Assembly (NCBI GenBank): GCA_964403565.1
Contig: CAYOFV010000001.1
Span: 4,839-68,838, forward strand
From: an uncultured Piscirickettsiaceae bacterium
GTDB lineage: Bacteria; Pseudomonadota; Gammaproteobacteria; PS1; Pseudothioglobaceae
Direction: 5' to 3'
DNA length: 64,000 bases
This document shows positions 49,753 to 60,822 of the stretch, in pieces (the first letter of the stretch is position 1; every line of letters starts with the position of its first letter). The translations under genes were made by a program, and so were the position numbers. The notes beneath the pieces are model-generated. The model was not told the origin of the DNA and made no database searches. It saw nothing but the letters and a program-made list of their open reading frames with translations.

Positions 49753-50238
49753 CTAGAGCTTAATTTTGAACCTTACTCTATCAACTCCATCCTTAGATTT
49801 TTCAGCAATTACTTTGTCATTTTTAATATCATAATCCAGCGTTGCCCCGCTAAACGAATCAAACCCCTGAACCAAGTGAGCCTTACCTCTAAGATGAACA
49901 AACTGTTTTTTAATTAAGTAAGTTATACTTTTTGCATCGGCCTCAATAAAGCGTGGCTGATTTGGCTGTGACTGTTTGTAATGCGCTAGTTTATTTTTCT
50001 CACCTTTGGCAATTACTTTTATTACCTCTTTATTGCTAGTAAAAACTTTAATATTTTCTGCACTTAACAATAACGAGCCTTGTACAACTTTAGCGCCTCC
50101 AGTGTAAGTACTTATACCTTTTTTCTCATCAATTACCACTGTATATGCTTTAATATCAATTGGCTGATCTTTATCCTCTGATAAGGCAATAGATGCACTT
50201 GAAATAAATAGAATAAACATTATTAAATACTTATTCAT
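49753..50238 (-). CDS. lptA: LPS transport periplasmic protein LptA (OstA-like)
   Basis: Signal peptide, OstA-type beta-jellyroll pattern, position after the lptC-like gene. Start placed at MNKYLIMF (50238). Confidence 0.75.
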   Translation of the reverse strand: MNKYLIMFILFISSASIALSEDKDQPIDIKAYTVVIDEKKGISTYTGGAKVVQGSLLLSAENIKVFTSNKEVIKVIAKGEKNKLAHYKQSQPNQPRFIEADAKSITYLIKKQFVHLRGKAHLVQGFDSFSGATLDYDIKNDKVIAEKSKDGVDRVRFKIKL

Positions 50239-51190
50239 ACCTGCCAACAACTCCACCGGTTAATCTAATCTTCTGCTCATTGGCATCATAATGCATGCCA
50301 GTTGCCTTTATATTGGCAATATCAGATAGATAGTTAATTTTATCTTTGGTCTTATAAATCTCTTTACCACCGGATTGATCAACTATTAAATTTTTGGTAT
50401 TAATTATTGATCCAGAATTTTGCAAAATTTTAGCATTGCCTAATAATTGCATAAAGTCCTTTTGCATATCAATATCTATCCCATCTGCGTAAACTTTGCT
50501 TTGGTTTGACAGATACGTGGTTTTATTATCTGAATAATAATGCTTCTTATCATTTGACTGATCAACATATAAATCTTTAGTCAAAATCTTACTGCCATTA
50601 TCTTGATTAATTTGCGTTAATCCAGTAAGCTGCATTTTGTCATCTTTAGTGCGCATATGCATACCTTGAGACGTCATCTTTGACTTCTCACCTAAATATG
50701 TAACCTTTTTATTACTAATCAGATCATTGGTTTCTGTACTTACTAAAAGTTCATCAGTGTTCATTTTGTGAGTTATGCCATTCGCAGAATGCACATCCAC
50801 CTGACCATAAAATTTAATCTCACCATTTTTAAGATAATTTGCGCGCTCAGAACTTAATATATAGTCTTCTGTTCCATTTTCGCTATATGTCGTTACTTCA
50901 GGATCAAGCAGCAGCGCAGGAGAATTATTAAAATTGAAATAACTATTAGCTTTAACAAAATGTGATAACTTGTTATTTGCATCAAACTCTTGCAACTGAA
51001 AATTATCAATTTTTTCAATATAAGAAACCTCTTGTGATACTTCTTCATTCTCACTTAGAATCACTTTTTCTTCTTTATTTAATATAGAAAAAGAATATGA
51101 TAGCAATTCCATAAGTAGCCACATAATTGCGACTATAACTATAATGAAAACACTAATAAGAAAATTGTGTCTTAATTGAAAACTAATCAT
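50231..51190 (-). CDS. LptC-like protein, extended by internal repeats
   Basis: N-terminal TM anchor, then three tandem repeats of a K.TYL....G...D....QL.G..I.Q..GS.I.TK.L.VDQS unit. 319 aa versus roughly 190 for a typical LptC. Confidence 0.6.
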   Translation of the reverse strand: MISFQLRHNFLISVFIIVIVAIMWLLMELLSYSFSILNKEEKVILSENEEVSQEVSYIEKIDNFQLQEFDANNKLSHFVKANSYFNFNNSPALLLDPEVTTYSENGTEDYILSSERANYLKNGEIKFYGQVDVHSANGITHKMNTDELLVSTETNDLISNKKVTYLGEKSKMTSQGMHMRTKDDKMQLTGLTQINQDNGSKILTKDLYVDQSNDKKHYYSDNKTTYLSNQSKVYADGIDIDMQKDFMQLLGNAKILQNSGSIINTKNLIVDQSGGKEIYKTKDKINYLSDIANIKATGMHYDANEQKIRLTGGVVGRYE

Positions 51191-51191
51191 T

Positions 51192-51746
51192 GTGCAAGGT
51201 ATCTACGCCATAACTCCTAATCAAAAACTTGATATAAATAATATCAAACAGATGCTGAATAAACACAAGCCTGGCTTTTTGCAATATCGTCATAAAACCA
51301 ACGACAAAGAATTAAAAATTACCGAAGCAAAAAAGCTTAAAGATCTGTGTCTTCTACATAATACTGTATTTATTATTAATGATGATATCAACCTAGCACA
51401 AATAGTAGATGCTGATGGTGTACACCTCGGCAAGGACGACTTATCAATTAAAAGCGCACGATTGGCCATTGGAGAAGGAAAGATTATTGGCACCTCCTGC
51501 TACAATGATATTGATACTGCTAAAAATGCTCAGGAGCAAGGTGCTAACTATGTGGCCTTTGGCGCGTTGTTTTCATCGAGCACTAAACCAAATGCCTCTC
51601 ACTGTTCATTAGACATTATCTCCAAAGCAAAGCAAGTAATTAACATTCCAATTGTTGGAATTGGTGGAGTTGACTTTAATAATATGCACCAAGCATTAAA
51701 TGCAGGGTGCGATAGTGTAGCCATGATTAAGGCTCTATACGAATAA
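51192..51746 (+). CDS. thiE: thiamine-phosphate synthase
   Basis: DGVHLGKDD, GTSCYN, GANYVAFGALFSSSTKP, IPIVGIGGV; GTG start. Confidence 0.85.
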   Translation: MQGIYAITPNQKLDINNIKQMLNKHKPGFLQYRHKTNDKELKITEAKKLKDLCLLHNTVFIINDDINLAQIVDADGVHLGKDDLSIKSARLAIGEGKIIGTSCYNDIDTAKNAQEQGANYVAFGALFSSSTKPNASHCSLDIISKAKQVINIPIVGIGGVDFNNMHQALNAGCDSVAMIKALYE

Positions 51747-54700
51747 GCTCTTGCTCGGCCGGACAGTACAATGCGCAATTAATTGCATTGCTATAAATTT
51801 GTGATAATGTTTGTCTATACAAGTTCAACTGTTTAGCGTATTTTGCTTTTTGCCTAATTGAAAATTGATCCAAAGTCTCGCCTGCCTGTCTACTAGCAGT
51901 TTTAAAATCAATAATCCACAACACATCATCATCAATAAACAATCTATCGATAACAATATTGCCAGTCTCGCTTGCAAATTCAACTTCAGTTAATGTTGAT
52001 TCTCTAGCTTTAAACAGCCAATTAAATTTTTCATCAGTTTTAGTGTTATTTATTAGATGATAAATAATTTCGATATTAGTACTTAATTCCGATTGAGCAA
52101 AACCAAACTCAATCAATCTTGTTTTTATGCTGTTTTTACCTACAGAGAATTCTTTATGCTCACAAATCTTATGTAGCAAAGTTCCTAATAAGCTTTTATA
52201 TGTAGTATTAATTAAATTTTGATAATCTAGTGATTCAGTATTATTATCAACAAACTCATTACAAGAATCTAAAGCATCTCGTCTACTAATATTTGGAGTC
52301 TCACTGGTTGGTAAAAGTTTACTACTTGTGTTGTCAATATCTTTAAATAAACATCTAAATTTGCACATTAATAAATTCAATAAAGACTTATTATTAGCAT
52401 TTTCACCCTTTGGGGCACAAGAAAGTAGGTGTATATTTTTCTTTGCTCTGGTCATAGCAACGTACAAAAGTCGCATTAATTCATAATCATCTTGCACGCT
52501 TTCAATGCGCTTTAAATATTTGTAAGTGGCACTATCTTCAAGATCTTTAAACGACTTTGTTGGTGCCAACAATAAAGACTTGTCTTCAAATTCATGCAAG
52601 TGTATAAGTTGCGCTTTGTTTTGTCGTGGCGCTCTACCAAGTCCAGGAATAATTACGCTATCAAACTCCAATCCCTTTGCTTCATGAATGGTAAGCATTT
52701 TTACTCTTGCATTGGAGCTTGGGGCATACAACTCATCTAACATAGAGTTAATTGTTTGCATATTAAGTACGTAATTAGATTCACATGCATCAACTATCGC
52801 TAGGTATTCATTACGAATATCTTTCTCTTGTGTTGATAAAGAATTTATTGGAATAAGACTCTCCAAGGCATAGTCTAGCAATTCCACAAAACTAAATCTT
52901 GATTGATTGCCAATAGTATGGCTTAGAATCTTATAAAACTTGCTGGCTCTATTTTGTCCATCAGGACTTAACTGCTCCAAAATTAAAGGATCGTTTAGCT
53001 TATCAAAAATTATATTTCCATCATCCTTAGACAATATTAACAAATCGTCCAACACTAAACCACACCATGGGGATCTCAACAAACTCAACCACGCTAACTT
53101 ATCCCCAAGGTCAAGCAAAGCTCTAGTAAGAGATACAAGATCTCGAGTAAAAATATGCTCTTTAAGTGGCGTTATTCTAAGAGCTTCAAACTCAATATTA
53201 TTTAGCTTAAGTTCTCTGGCGATCTCATTTAAGTGTGCTCTGCCTCTAGCAATAATTGCAATACTTTCACTTGTACTGTCAGCACTTATAATCTCAACAA
53301 CTTTTTGCGCCTCGAGATCATAGCGCTTATACTCTACTGCATAATAAGTAATTGCGTCGTATAAATTTTTATCTGCTTTTGGCGGTTTTGACTCATTAAA
53401 ACTAATGGCTCCACGAGTTATATCTTCAACACTTGGAAATACAGTATTAAATAAGTTATTATTGGCCTCAATAACACTTGAGCTAGAACGAAAATTACTA
53501 CTAAGCCTTAAATAGTTCAAGCCAACTCCAGCAACACCGTGTTTAATTGCTTGCAGAAACAAACCAACCTTAGATTCTCTAAAGCGATAAATAGACTGCA
53601 TTGGATCACCCACTAAGAATAAAGTCTTTCCATTGTTTTCATCCCAGTTTTCAACTAAACGCTCAAGCAATAAAAATTGAGAAATAGACGTGTCTTGAAA
53701 TTCATCAATAAGAATGTGCTCAATTTTATAATCTAAAAATAATGCTATATCACTAACCTTATCACCCCTATTATCGATGGCATGCAAGGCATCAAGCGCT
53801 ACTTGAATAAAATCATGTTTATTTTCTTTATCGAATAATATTTTTAACTGTGCGACAGCTAATTTAAGTACAAAAGATATATCTTCCAATATAGATATTT
53901 GCGTATTAGAAAATTCTTTATCTGGCAGATAATCAAGCTCTACAAACAAATCCAATAAATTATCATTTTTTATCTTATTAACAATAGATAAAAATTCTTG
54001 TTTTTGCTCTTTAACACTACTTGGAAATCCATTGCGTTTATCAAGAGTTTTGCGCCAATTGTTTTGATTTGTTAATAATAATTCCTTTAAATTTATCCAA
54101 CTTTCTAAACTATCAACATCAGCATTTGGAATACTACTGAGTGTTTGATATTTCTTCTCAGTATTTGCTGATAATAAATCAAACATCTCCTGTGGAAAAG
54201 ACTCACTTGCTGCTGTTTTTAACTTTTGCAAGTGTACATTTATAACTCTTATGCTATTGGATTGTAGCTGATCAATATCAATAACGCCGTTTTGATACAA
54301 ACGTGATAACCACTGATCACGCTTTGCCAGCATATTAATTATTAGTGAATAGTATTTATTAACATTGTTATCAAGATATAACAACACTCTGGATATAACT
54401 TCTGTGTAATCCTTATCATGAATTAAAAGCAACGCCTGTTCAGACGCCTGCTGATAAAAATCTTGAGCCTCCCATGAACTAGACAAAATACCTTTTGGTA
54501 TTAATTGCTGCTTATAAGGATAACGATTAATTATTAAACTAGATAGGCCATCAATAGTTGTTACTTTAAGTCTAGATGGGTTGTTTGCAATATCCCAATT
54601 ACTAGCATTTGATCTATTTAATACATCTAATGCCAAGTCATAGGTAACTTGCCTATGATCATTGTTATCTGGTCTTTCACCTTGAGCTAGTTTAAGCGCG

Positions 54701-54900
54701 CCAACAACTCTATCAACAAGTTCACTTGCAGCTTTTTTAGTAAAAGTCATTACCACTACACTTTCAGGAGAAGTGCTAACTGCTAATAACTTTAAATAAC
54801 GTTGTGTAAGTAGTTCGGTTTTGCCCGAGCCTGCAGGAGCTTGAACAATAAATGATTGTGTATGATCTAGAGCTGTTTTTCTGTTCTGCTTATCGATCAC
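51727..54900 (-). CDS. UvrD-type helicase with C-terminal PD-(D/E)xK nuclease (AddA/RecB-like)
   Basis: Walker [51 protein letters not shown]. Nuclease motif [15 protein letters not shown]. No AddB-like partner is adjacent. Confidence 0.8.
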   Translation of the reverse strand: MIDKQNRKTALDHTQSFIVQAPAGSGKTELLTQRYLKLLAVSTSPESVVVMTFTKKAASELVDRVVGALKLAQGERPDNNDHRQVTYDLALDVLNRSNASNWDIANNPSRLKVTTIDGLSSLIINRYPYKQQLIPKGILSSSWEAQDFYQQASEQALLLIHDKDYTEVISRVLLYLDNNVNKYYSLIINMLAKRDQWLSRLYQNGVIDIDQLQSNSIRVINVHLQKLKTAASESFPQEMFDLLSANTEKKYQTLSSIPNADVDSLESWINLKELLLTNQNNWRKTLDKRNGFPSSVKEQKQEFLSIVNKIKNDNLLDLFVELDYLPDKEFSNTQISILEDISFVLKLAVAQLKILFDKENKHDFIQVALDALHAIDNRGDKVSDIALFLDYKIEHILIDEFQDTSISQFLLLERLVENWDENNGKTLFLVGDPMQSIYRFRESKVGLFLQAIKHGVAGVGLNYLRLSSNFRSSSSVIEANNNLFNTVFPSVEDITRGAISFNESKPPKADKNLYDAITYYAVEYKRYDLEAQKVVEIISADSTSESIAIIARGRAHLNEIARELKLNNIEFEALRITPLKEHIFTRDLVSLTRALLDLGDKLAWLSLLRSPWCGLVLDDLLILSKDDGNIIFDKLNDPLILEQLSPDGQNRASKFYKILSHTIGNQSRFSFVELLDYALESLIPINSLSTQEKDIRNEYLAIVDACESNYVLNMQTINSMLDELYAPSSNARVKMLTIHEAKGLEFDSVIIPGLGRAPRQNKAQLIHLHEFEDKSLLLAPTKSFKDLEDSATYKYLKRIESVQDDYELMRLLYVAMTRAKKNIHLLSCAPKGENANNKSLLNLLMCKFRCLFKDIDNTSSKLLPTSETPNISRRDALDSCNEFVDNNTESLDYQNLINTTYKSLLGTLLHKICEHKEFSVGKNSIKTRLIEFGFAQSELSTNIEIIYHLINNTKTDEKFNWLFKARESTLTEVEFASETGNIVIDRLFIDDDVLWIIDFKTASRQAGETLDQFSIRQKAKYAKQLNLYRQTLSQIYSNAINCALYCPAEQELIRIEP

Positions 54901-56606
54901 ATCTTATCTGGGCTACTAACTCCCAATAGGGTTAAACCATTAGCTATAACTTGACGAACCGCTTCAATAAGCTTGAGCCTAGATACGCGCAAATTATCAT
55001 CATCAACTAAAAATTCACTATTGTTGTAATAACTATGGAATCCGCCAGCTAGATCGCGCAAATAGTAAGCTAAAACATGAGGCTCATAGTTTGTAGCAGC
55101 CGATAACAATACATCTGCAAATCTGTTTAATTCTTTAATAAGTACAAGCTCTTGCTCATTATCAAGTAGTGATAAATCATACTCGCCACTGCTTGTGTAT
55201 TCTGCATTAGCTTTTTCAATAACTGAACAAATTCGTGCGTGTGCATATTGAATATAAAACACAGGGTTTTCATTAGTTTTTGATTTGGCCAAATCCAAGT
55301 CAAAATCCATATGCTGATCAGACTTGCGCAAAATATAGAAAAATCTTGCAGCATCATTCCCAACTTCTTCTCTTAATTCTCTTAAAGTAACAAAAGATCC
55401 ACTACGGGTTGACATTGCAACTTTTTCCCCGCCCCTGTATAGATTGGCAAACTGCACTAATAAAATTTCTAATTTTTCTGGGTCGTTATCAAGAGCATTA
55501 ATTGAGGCTTTTACTCTTGCGATATATCCGTGGTGATCAGCGCCCCAAATATTAATAATCTTGTCATACCCTCTAGAGAATTTTTCAAAATGATAGGCTA
55601 TATCTGAAGCAAAGTAAGTATGTACACCATTATCACGAACAACTACTCTATCAAGGTCATCACCAAAATCTGTGGTCTTAAACCATAAAGCACCTTCTTT
55701 CTCATAAATATATCCAGCATCTTGCAAAGATTCAACAGTACTTTGCGAAAGGTTTGAATCAACTAACGATTGCTCAGAAAACCACTGATTATACTCAACC
55801 CCGAATTCTTGCAAATCTTCACGTATGTCGCTCAAAATTGTTTCAATTGCTAAATTAAATATACTCTTATAGCTATCACCCAATTCTGCCTTGCAATTTA
55901 TAATTAGATCATCAATATGCTTCTCTTTATCGCCACCATCTTTTTCATCAGGATGCACTCCTGTGAAAATATCTAATTTTTCAATTCCACTTACTTTTTC
56001 TGCAATAGCAAAAATATAATCGCCCTTATAGCCATTATCAGGAAATTTATTGGTTTCAATATAACGCAGGTATACAGATGTTGCCAAAATATCCATTTGG
56101 CGTCCTGCATCATTTACGTAATATTCATTATCAACATCAAACCCTACTGCACGTAGAAGGTTAGCAACAGTCGCTCCGTATGCAGCACCACGTCCATGAC
56201 CAACATGCAATGGTCCAGTTGGATTTGCTGATACGAACTCTAATAAAACTTTTTGCCCATCTCCATATTTAGATAGTCCAAAACCTTTGCCTTGAGTTAG
56301 GATTTTTTCAATTACTTGTGTATTTGAACCTTGAGATAAAAAGAAATTAATAAACCCTGGTCCAGCTATTTCTACCTTGTCAACCTCGGCTGCATTTGGG
56401 AAATTTGCAACTATCTTTTCCGCTAATATTTTAGGAGTGCATTTAGCTTGTTTAGACAAAACCATGGCCACGTTAGTAGCAAAATCACCTTGGGTTTTGT
56501 CTTTAGAATGATCTATCCTAATACTCTCAGGAACGCTTTCTAACACCTTGTCATTCACAAGAGTGTTTAATGCATCAGTTAATAATTGTTGTAATAATTC
56601 TTTCAT
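54897..56606 (-). CDS. argS: arginine--tRNA ligase
   Basis: [15 protein letters not shown] (HIGH) and MSTRSG (KMSKS variant), DALR-type C-terminus. Confidence 0.95.
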   Translation of the reverse strand: MKELLQQLLTDALNTLVNDKVLESVPESIRIDHSKDKTQGDFATNVAMVLSKQAKCTPKILAEKIVANFPNAAEVDKVEIAGPGFINFFLSQGSNTQVIEKILTQGKGFGLSKYGDGQKVLLEFVSANPTGPLHVGHGRGAAYGATVANLLRAVGFDVDNEYYVNDAGRQMDILATSVYLRYIETNKFPDNGYKGDYIFAIAEKVSGIEKLDIFTGVHPDEKDGGDKEKHIDDLIINCKAELGDSYKSIFNLAIETILSDIREDLQEFGVEYNQWFSEQSLVDSNLSQSTVESLQDAGYIYEKEGALWFKTTDFGDDLDRVVVRDNGVHTYFASDIAYHFEKFSRGYDKIINIWGADHHGYIARVKASINALDNDPEKLEILLVQFANLYRGGEKVAMSTRSGSFVTLRELREEVGNDAARFFYILRKSDQHMDFDLDLAKSKTNENPVFYIQYAHARICSVIEKANAEYTSSGEYDLSLLDNEQELVLIKELNRFADVLLSAATNYEPHVLAYYLRDLAGGFHSYYNNSEFLVDDDNLRVSRLKLIEAVRQVIANGLTLLGVSSPDKM

Positions 56607-56612
56607 TTGTTT

Positions 56613-59342
56613 TTAGTGTGCTTGTTGCCATGAATCTCCAATTCCAACATCGACTTTTAGTGGAATCTCTAGCGCATAAGCATTAGTCATTAGCTCTTGT
56701 ATTTTATTAGCAAACTCATCCGCCTTGTCTTGTTTCACTTCAAAAACTAATTCATCATGCACCTGCATTAGCATTTTTATATCACTATTATTAGCACCAA
56801 TCCAATTGTATATCTCCAGCATAGCAAGTTTGATAATATCGGCAGACGAGCCTTGCATTGGGGCATTGATCGCTGTTCTGAGCGCATGTTGCTGCAACAT
56901 TTTATTTTTGTGATTAACCTGTGGCAAATACAACCTTCTACCCATTACTGTTTCTACATAACCTTGTAATTTGGCAGATTCTTTTGTGTTTTCCATATAC
57001 TGAGTAACACCTGGATACTTCTCAAAATATGTATCTATATATTCTTTAGCTTCAGTTCTAGAGACATCAATTTGTTTGGCCAGTCCAAATGCACTCATGC
57101 CATACATAAGTCCAAAATTAATTGCCTTTGCTCGACGACGATGATCTTTTGTGACATCATCAACCGAAACATTAAATATCTCTGATGCTGTAGCGCTGTG
57201 CACATCTATATCGTTATTAAATGCACTAAGCAAGTTATCATCACCAGATATATGCGCCATGATTCTTAGCTCGATTTGTGAATAATCTGCTGCAATAATT
57301 ACATTACCCTTATCTGCGATAAAAGCACCTCTAATCTTAGAGCCCTCTTCACTGCGAATTGGAATGTTTTGCAGGTTTGGACTTGTTGAAGATAGTCTTC
57401 CAGTAGCCGTAACAGCTTGGTGATATGATGTGTGCAGCCTATTGGTATTCACATCAATCTGCTTTGGCAAAGCCTCAAGGTAAGTTGAATTAAGTTTGGT
57501 TAGTGTTCTATAAGATAGAATCAAATCAACTAACGGATGGTCAAGCAGTTTGAGTGCTTCCTCATTGGTAGATGGCGCACCTTTTGGCGTTTTTTTCTTT
57601 GCCTCTAGACCCAAACCTTCATCAGAAAAAAGTATTTGTTGAATTTGTTTTGGCGACTCAAGATTAAAACTATCTCCTGCAATCTCAAATGCTTGCGATT
57701 CAATTTCTTGCATTTTCTTTACAATCTGTAACTGCCGAGAGTTTAAAGAGCCCTCATCAATCTTTACGCCATTACGCTCCATACGCACAAGAACTTTAAT
57801 TAAAGGTAGTTCAATATTTTGATAAAGTTTAACCAACTTAGGATACTGGGCAATATTCTCATCCAAAACATCATTTAATAAAGCTGTCACAATAACATCT
57901 TCGCATGCGTAAGGCGCCGCCTCATTAATATTTACCTGATCAAAAGTGATTTGTTTTTTTCCGCTACCGGCAATATCACTAAATTGGATAGTAGTGTAAT
58001 CTAGATAATGCTCAGCCAAATCATCCATGTTATGTCTAGATGCTACTGAATTTAATACATACGACTTAACCATAGTGTCATCCACTATATTATTAAGATC
58101 TATATTGTAATTTGCCAAAACATGGGCGTCGTACTTTAGATTTTGCCCAATCTTGCCAATACTATTACTTTCTAATAATGGCTTAAGATTATCCATTACA
58201 TAATTAAAATCTAGTTGTTTTGGAGCATCTAGATAAGTATGAGCAACTGGTATATAAAAACTATCTTTATCAACTAAAAACACCCATCCCACAATCTGAG
58301 CATTCATATAATCAAGTGATGTAGTCTCTAGATCTATAACAAAACTATTGGTATTCTTAAGCTTATCCAATAGATTTAAGAAATCTTTTTCGTCAAACAC
58401 TGTGGCTTGAGAATAGTCTTGAGTAATATCATTCACTTTTGTAGTTATTTCAATAGTTTCTGATTTTGTCTCAACTATTGCTTCTGGCGGCTCAATATCG
58501 CCCAACTGCTTAAGCCACATACTAAAACCATATTCTTTGTACAGTCTGGCAAGCTCTTTTATGTTTTCACCAGGCTCATCTTCTAGAATATTACACGGAA
58601 GATCAACATCAAATTTAAGCTCAACCAGCTTATGTGAAAGGTCAAGCAAATCAAAACTATCTCGTAATTTCTCGCCCACTTTGCCTTTTATATCAGTTGC
58701 ATTTGCTTTAATACCAGCTATATCTCCATATAAATCTAACCACTTAATTGCAGTTTTTGGACCAACACTTGGAACCCCAGGGATATTATCTGCACTATCG
58801 CCAGTAAGTGCTAAAAAGTCCATAATTTGATCAGGGCGTACACCCATCTTTTCTAGAACGTTATCATGTTCGTAAAGATTGCCCTTCATATCAACTTGCG
58901 ATACGTTGTCACTAACTAACTGCATAAGGTCCTTATCACCACTAGCAATAATAGTTTTAATACTATTTTGCTCTGCACAACGGCTTAAAGTTGCAATTAC
59001 ATCATCAGCTTCAACCTCGTCAACACACATAAAATGAAATCCCATTGCTCGTACAATTTCATACAAAGGTTCGATTTGCATAATAAGCGATTCATCAGCT
59101 GGCTTTCTGTGGGCTTTATATTCTGGATAAATATCGTGCCTAAAGTTTTTACCTTTGGCGTCAAAGATAGCAATAATCTTAGCCTCAGGATATTTATTTT
59201 GCAAACGTTTTATTGCACCAACAACACCAAAAATGGCTCCTGTTGGAAAACCATCATCATTGGTAAGATTTTGCGAAAGTGTAGAGAAATAAGCTCGAAA
59301 TAAAAACGCCGAACCATCTAACAAAATAAGCTTATGTGACAT
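56613..59342 (-). CDS. polA: DNA polymerase I
   Basis: 5'-nuclease domain, 3'-5' exonuclease DLETTSL, polymerase motifs DYSQIELR and QVHDELV. Confidence 0.97.
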   Translation of the reverse strand: MSHKLILLDGSAFLFRAYFSTLSQNLTNDDGFPTGAIFGVVGAIKRLQNKYPEAKIIAIFDAKGKNFRHDIYPEYKAHRKPADESLIMQIEPLYEIVRAMGFHFMCVDEVEADDVIATLSRCAEQNSIKTIIASGDKDLMQLVSDNVSQVDMKGNLYEHDNVLEKMGVRPDQIMDFLALTGDSADNIPGVPSVGPKTAIKWLDLYGDIAGIKANATDIKGKVGEKLRDSFDLLDLSHKLVELKFDVDLPCNILEDEPGENIKELARLYKEYGFSMWLKQLGDIEPPEAIVETKSETIEITTKVNDITQDYSQATVFDEKDFLNLLDKLKNTNSFVIDLETTSLDYMNAQIVGWVFLVDKDSFYIPVAHTYLDAPKQLDFNYVMDNLKPLLESNSIGKIGQNLKYDAHVLANYNIDLNNIVDDTMVKSYVLNSVASRHNMDDLAEHYLDYTTIQFSDIAGSGKKQITFDQVNINEAAPYACEDVIVTALLNDVLDENIAQYPKLVKLYQNIELPLIKVLVRMERNGVKIDEGSLNSRQLQIVKKMQEIESQAFEIAGDSFNLESPKQIQQILFSDEGLGLEAKKKTPKGAPSTNEEALKLLDHPLVDLILSYRTLTKLNSTYLEALPKQIDVNTNRLHTSYHQAVTATGRLSSTSPNLQNIPIRSEEGSKIRGAFIADKGNVIIAADYSQIELRIMAHISGDDNLLSAFNNDIDVHSATASEIFNVSVDDVTKDHRRRAKAINFGLMYGMSAFGLAKQIDVSRTEAKEYIDTYFEKYPGVTQYMENTKESAKLQGYVETVMGRRLYLPQVNHKNKMLQQHALRTAINAPMQGSSADIIKLAMLEIYNWIGANNSDIKMLMQVHDELVFEVKQDKADEFANKIQELMTNAYALEIPLKVDVGIGDSWQQAH

Positions 59343-59390
59343 GGCAATTATTTTACTGATTTTTCAAAAGCAAAGCGATGTTTGAGCTTT

Positions 59391-59408
59391 TGTTATATCA
59401 ACTATAAC
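59391..59408. promoter_or_regulatory. Zur-box-like inverted repeat TGTTATA-tcaac-TATAAC upstream of znuC
   Basis: Half-sites match the gammaproteobacterial Zur box halves, but the spacer is about 4 nt longer than canonical. Confidence 0.3.
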
Positions 59409-59447
59409 TAGGATAAAATATTACTAATTTACTCAATATTAACTAAC

Positions 59448-60167
59448 GTGCCTAAAGCTCTTATAAAAGCCAATAATATAAGCCTAACTCACAACGGCAA
59501 GAGCGTGCTAGACAATGTAAGTTTTGAGCTAAATCCTGGTGATTTTATTACCTTAATTGGGCCAAATGGCGCAGGTAAAAGCTCTCTAATAAAAGTTCTG
59601 CTTGGACTTATAAAACCAAATAAAGGTTCAGTGGAAAAATTTCAAAACATTAAACTTGGCTACACTCCACAATCATTTATTCCAAATGAGTTTATTCCTA
59701 TCTCGGTAATTGACTTTATTAATCTCAATCAAAAAACTAATAATAATCTTATTGAAGAAACCTCCAAACTGGTTGGTATTGAAAACCTACTAAATGCATC
59801 TTTAAAAGACCTGTCTGGCGGAGAGATGCAAAGGGTTTTGCTGGCTCGTGCGCTTATTGGCAGGCCAAATATCTTAATACTTGATGAGCCGGCACAGAAT
59901 TTAGATATTAATGGGCAGATGCACCTGTACAAGCTTATTCAAGATATTCACAAACAACGAGGTTGTGCTGTACTAATGGTATCTCACGATCTTCACAGGG
60001 TTATGAAAGACTCTACACAAGTGTTATGCCTGTATCACCATATTTGTTGTATGGGGCAACCAGAATCAATTCTAAAAGACTCTCAATTTAATGATTTATT
60101 TGCTGATCAAATGGATGATTTAATGGCAAGTTATGAACATCATCACAACCATTGTCACCAAGACTAA
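59448..60167 (+). CDS. znuC: zinc ABC transporter ATP-binding protein
   Basis: Walker A GPNGAGKSS, signature LSGGEMQR, Walker B ILILDEP, His-rich tail YEHHHNHCHQD; GTG start. No znuB or znuA in the window. Confidence 0.8.
   Translation: MPKALIKANNISLTHNGKSVLDNVSFELNPGDFITLIGPNGAGKSSLIKVLLGLIKPNKGSVEKFQNIKLGYTPQSFIPNEFIPISVIDFINLNQKTNNNLIEETSKLVGIENLLNASLKDLSGGEMQRVLLARALIGRPNILILDEPAQNLDINGQMHLYKLIQDIHKQRGCAVLMVSHDLHRVMKDSTQVLCLYHHICCMGQPESILKDSQFNDLFADQMDDLMASYEHHHNHCHQD
60106..60167 (+). repeat. copy 1 of the 62-bp direct repeat (functional znuC 3' end)
   Basis: 61/62 identical to 60282..60343. Confidence 0.9.
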
Positions 60168-60281
60168 AGCTTGCACCCTGAGGCAAAACCTCCCGAATTT
60201 ATTACCTTGAAATTAACAAATGTTTAGATATTGATAAAATCAAATATTGGCGTGAGGAATTGCCTCATAGACTTATTGACA

Positions 60282-60343
60282 ATCAAATGGATGAATTAAT
60301 GGCAAGTTATGAACATCATCACAACCATTGTCACCAAGACTAA
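60282..60343 (+). repeat. copy 2 of the 62-bp direct repeat (orphan znuC tail including stop codon)
   Basis: Encodes ..QMDELMASYEHHHNHCHQD-stop. Abuts the stop of the convergent FixH-family gene. Confidence 0.9.
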
Positions 60344-60820
60344 TTACTGAACAAACATCTTAGACGATGCTCTTTGCAGATAGTCACCTTTTACAGCCTC
60401 AACCACAACATCCCATCTACCCTTAAGTGGTAATTTCACTTTAGCCTCATATGTGCCATTACCCAAGTCATGCATAGATAGAGAAAAATCATGCTCTTTT
60501 TCTAACGGACGATAAAAATAAATAACAGTTTTAGCCCCAACTATATTGCTTTTGTTTTGTTTACTAGTTGCTGTATATAGTTGCTCTACACCATGGGTTG
60601 CATCTTTTGGAGTGTTTAAGGTAAGCGTATATCCTTGTTTATCTAGCTGCTCTTTACTAATTAAAGTATCGCCATAACTTTGTCCACTTATATAAGCATC
60701 TTGCACTACCAGCCCAGGATGGCTTTCAATCGCAGTTATTATTCGATAGACAGTTGCTCCAACTAAAATTAAAAACAACGCCAGCATTGACATCATTATT
60801 GGTGACTTGTGTATGGTCAT
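60344..60820 (-). CDS. FixH/CcoH-family protein
   Basis: 158 aa, single N-terminal TM helix, immediately downstream of ccoG as in fixGH/ccoGH operons. Confidence 0.6.
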   Translation of the reverse strand: MTIHKSPIMMSMLALFLILVGATVYRIITAIESHPGLVVQDAYISGQSYGDTLISKEQLDKQGYTLTLNTPKDATHGVEQLYTATSKQNKSNIVGAKTVIYFYRPLEKEHDFSLSMHDLGNGTYEAKVKLPLKGRWDVVVEAVKGDYLQRASSKMFVQ

Positions 60821-60822
60821 TT

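Noticed and set aside
52940-53323. 127-aa antisense ORF within the AddA-like helicase gene
   Set aside because: It lies opposite conserved helicase motifs and has low-complexity S/L-rich content. Nothing supports it as a gene.
60182-60343. 54-codon open frame ending in the duplicated znuC tail, considered as a small gene
   Set aside because: It has no plausible start codon or RBS upstream of the duplicated part. The only conserved portion is the copy of the znuC C-terminus. It is treated as a repeat or gene remnant.
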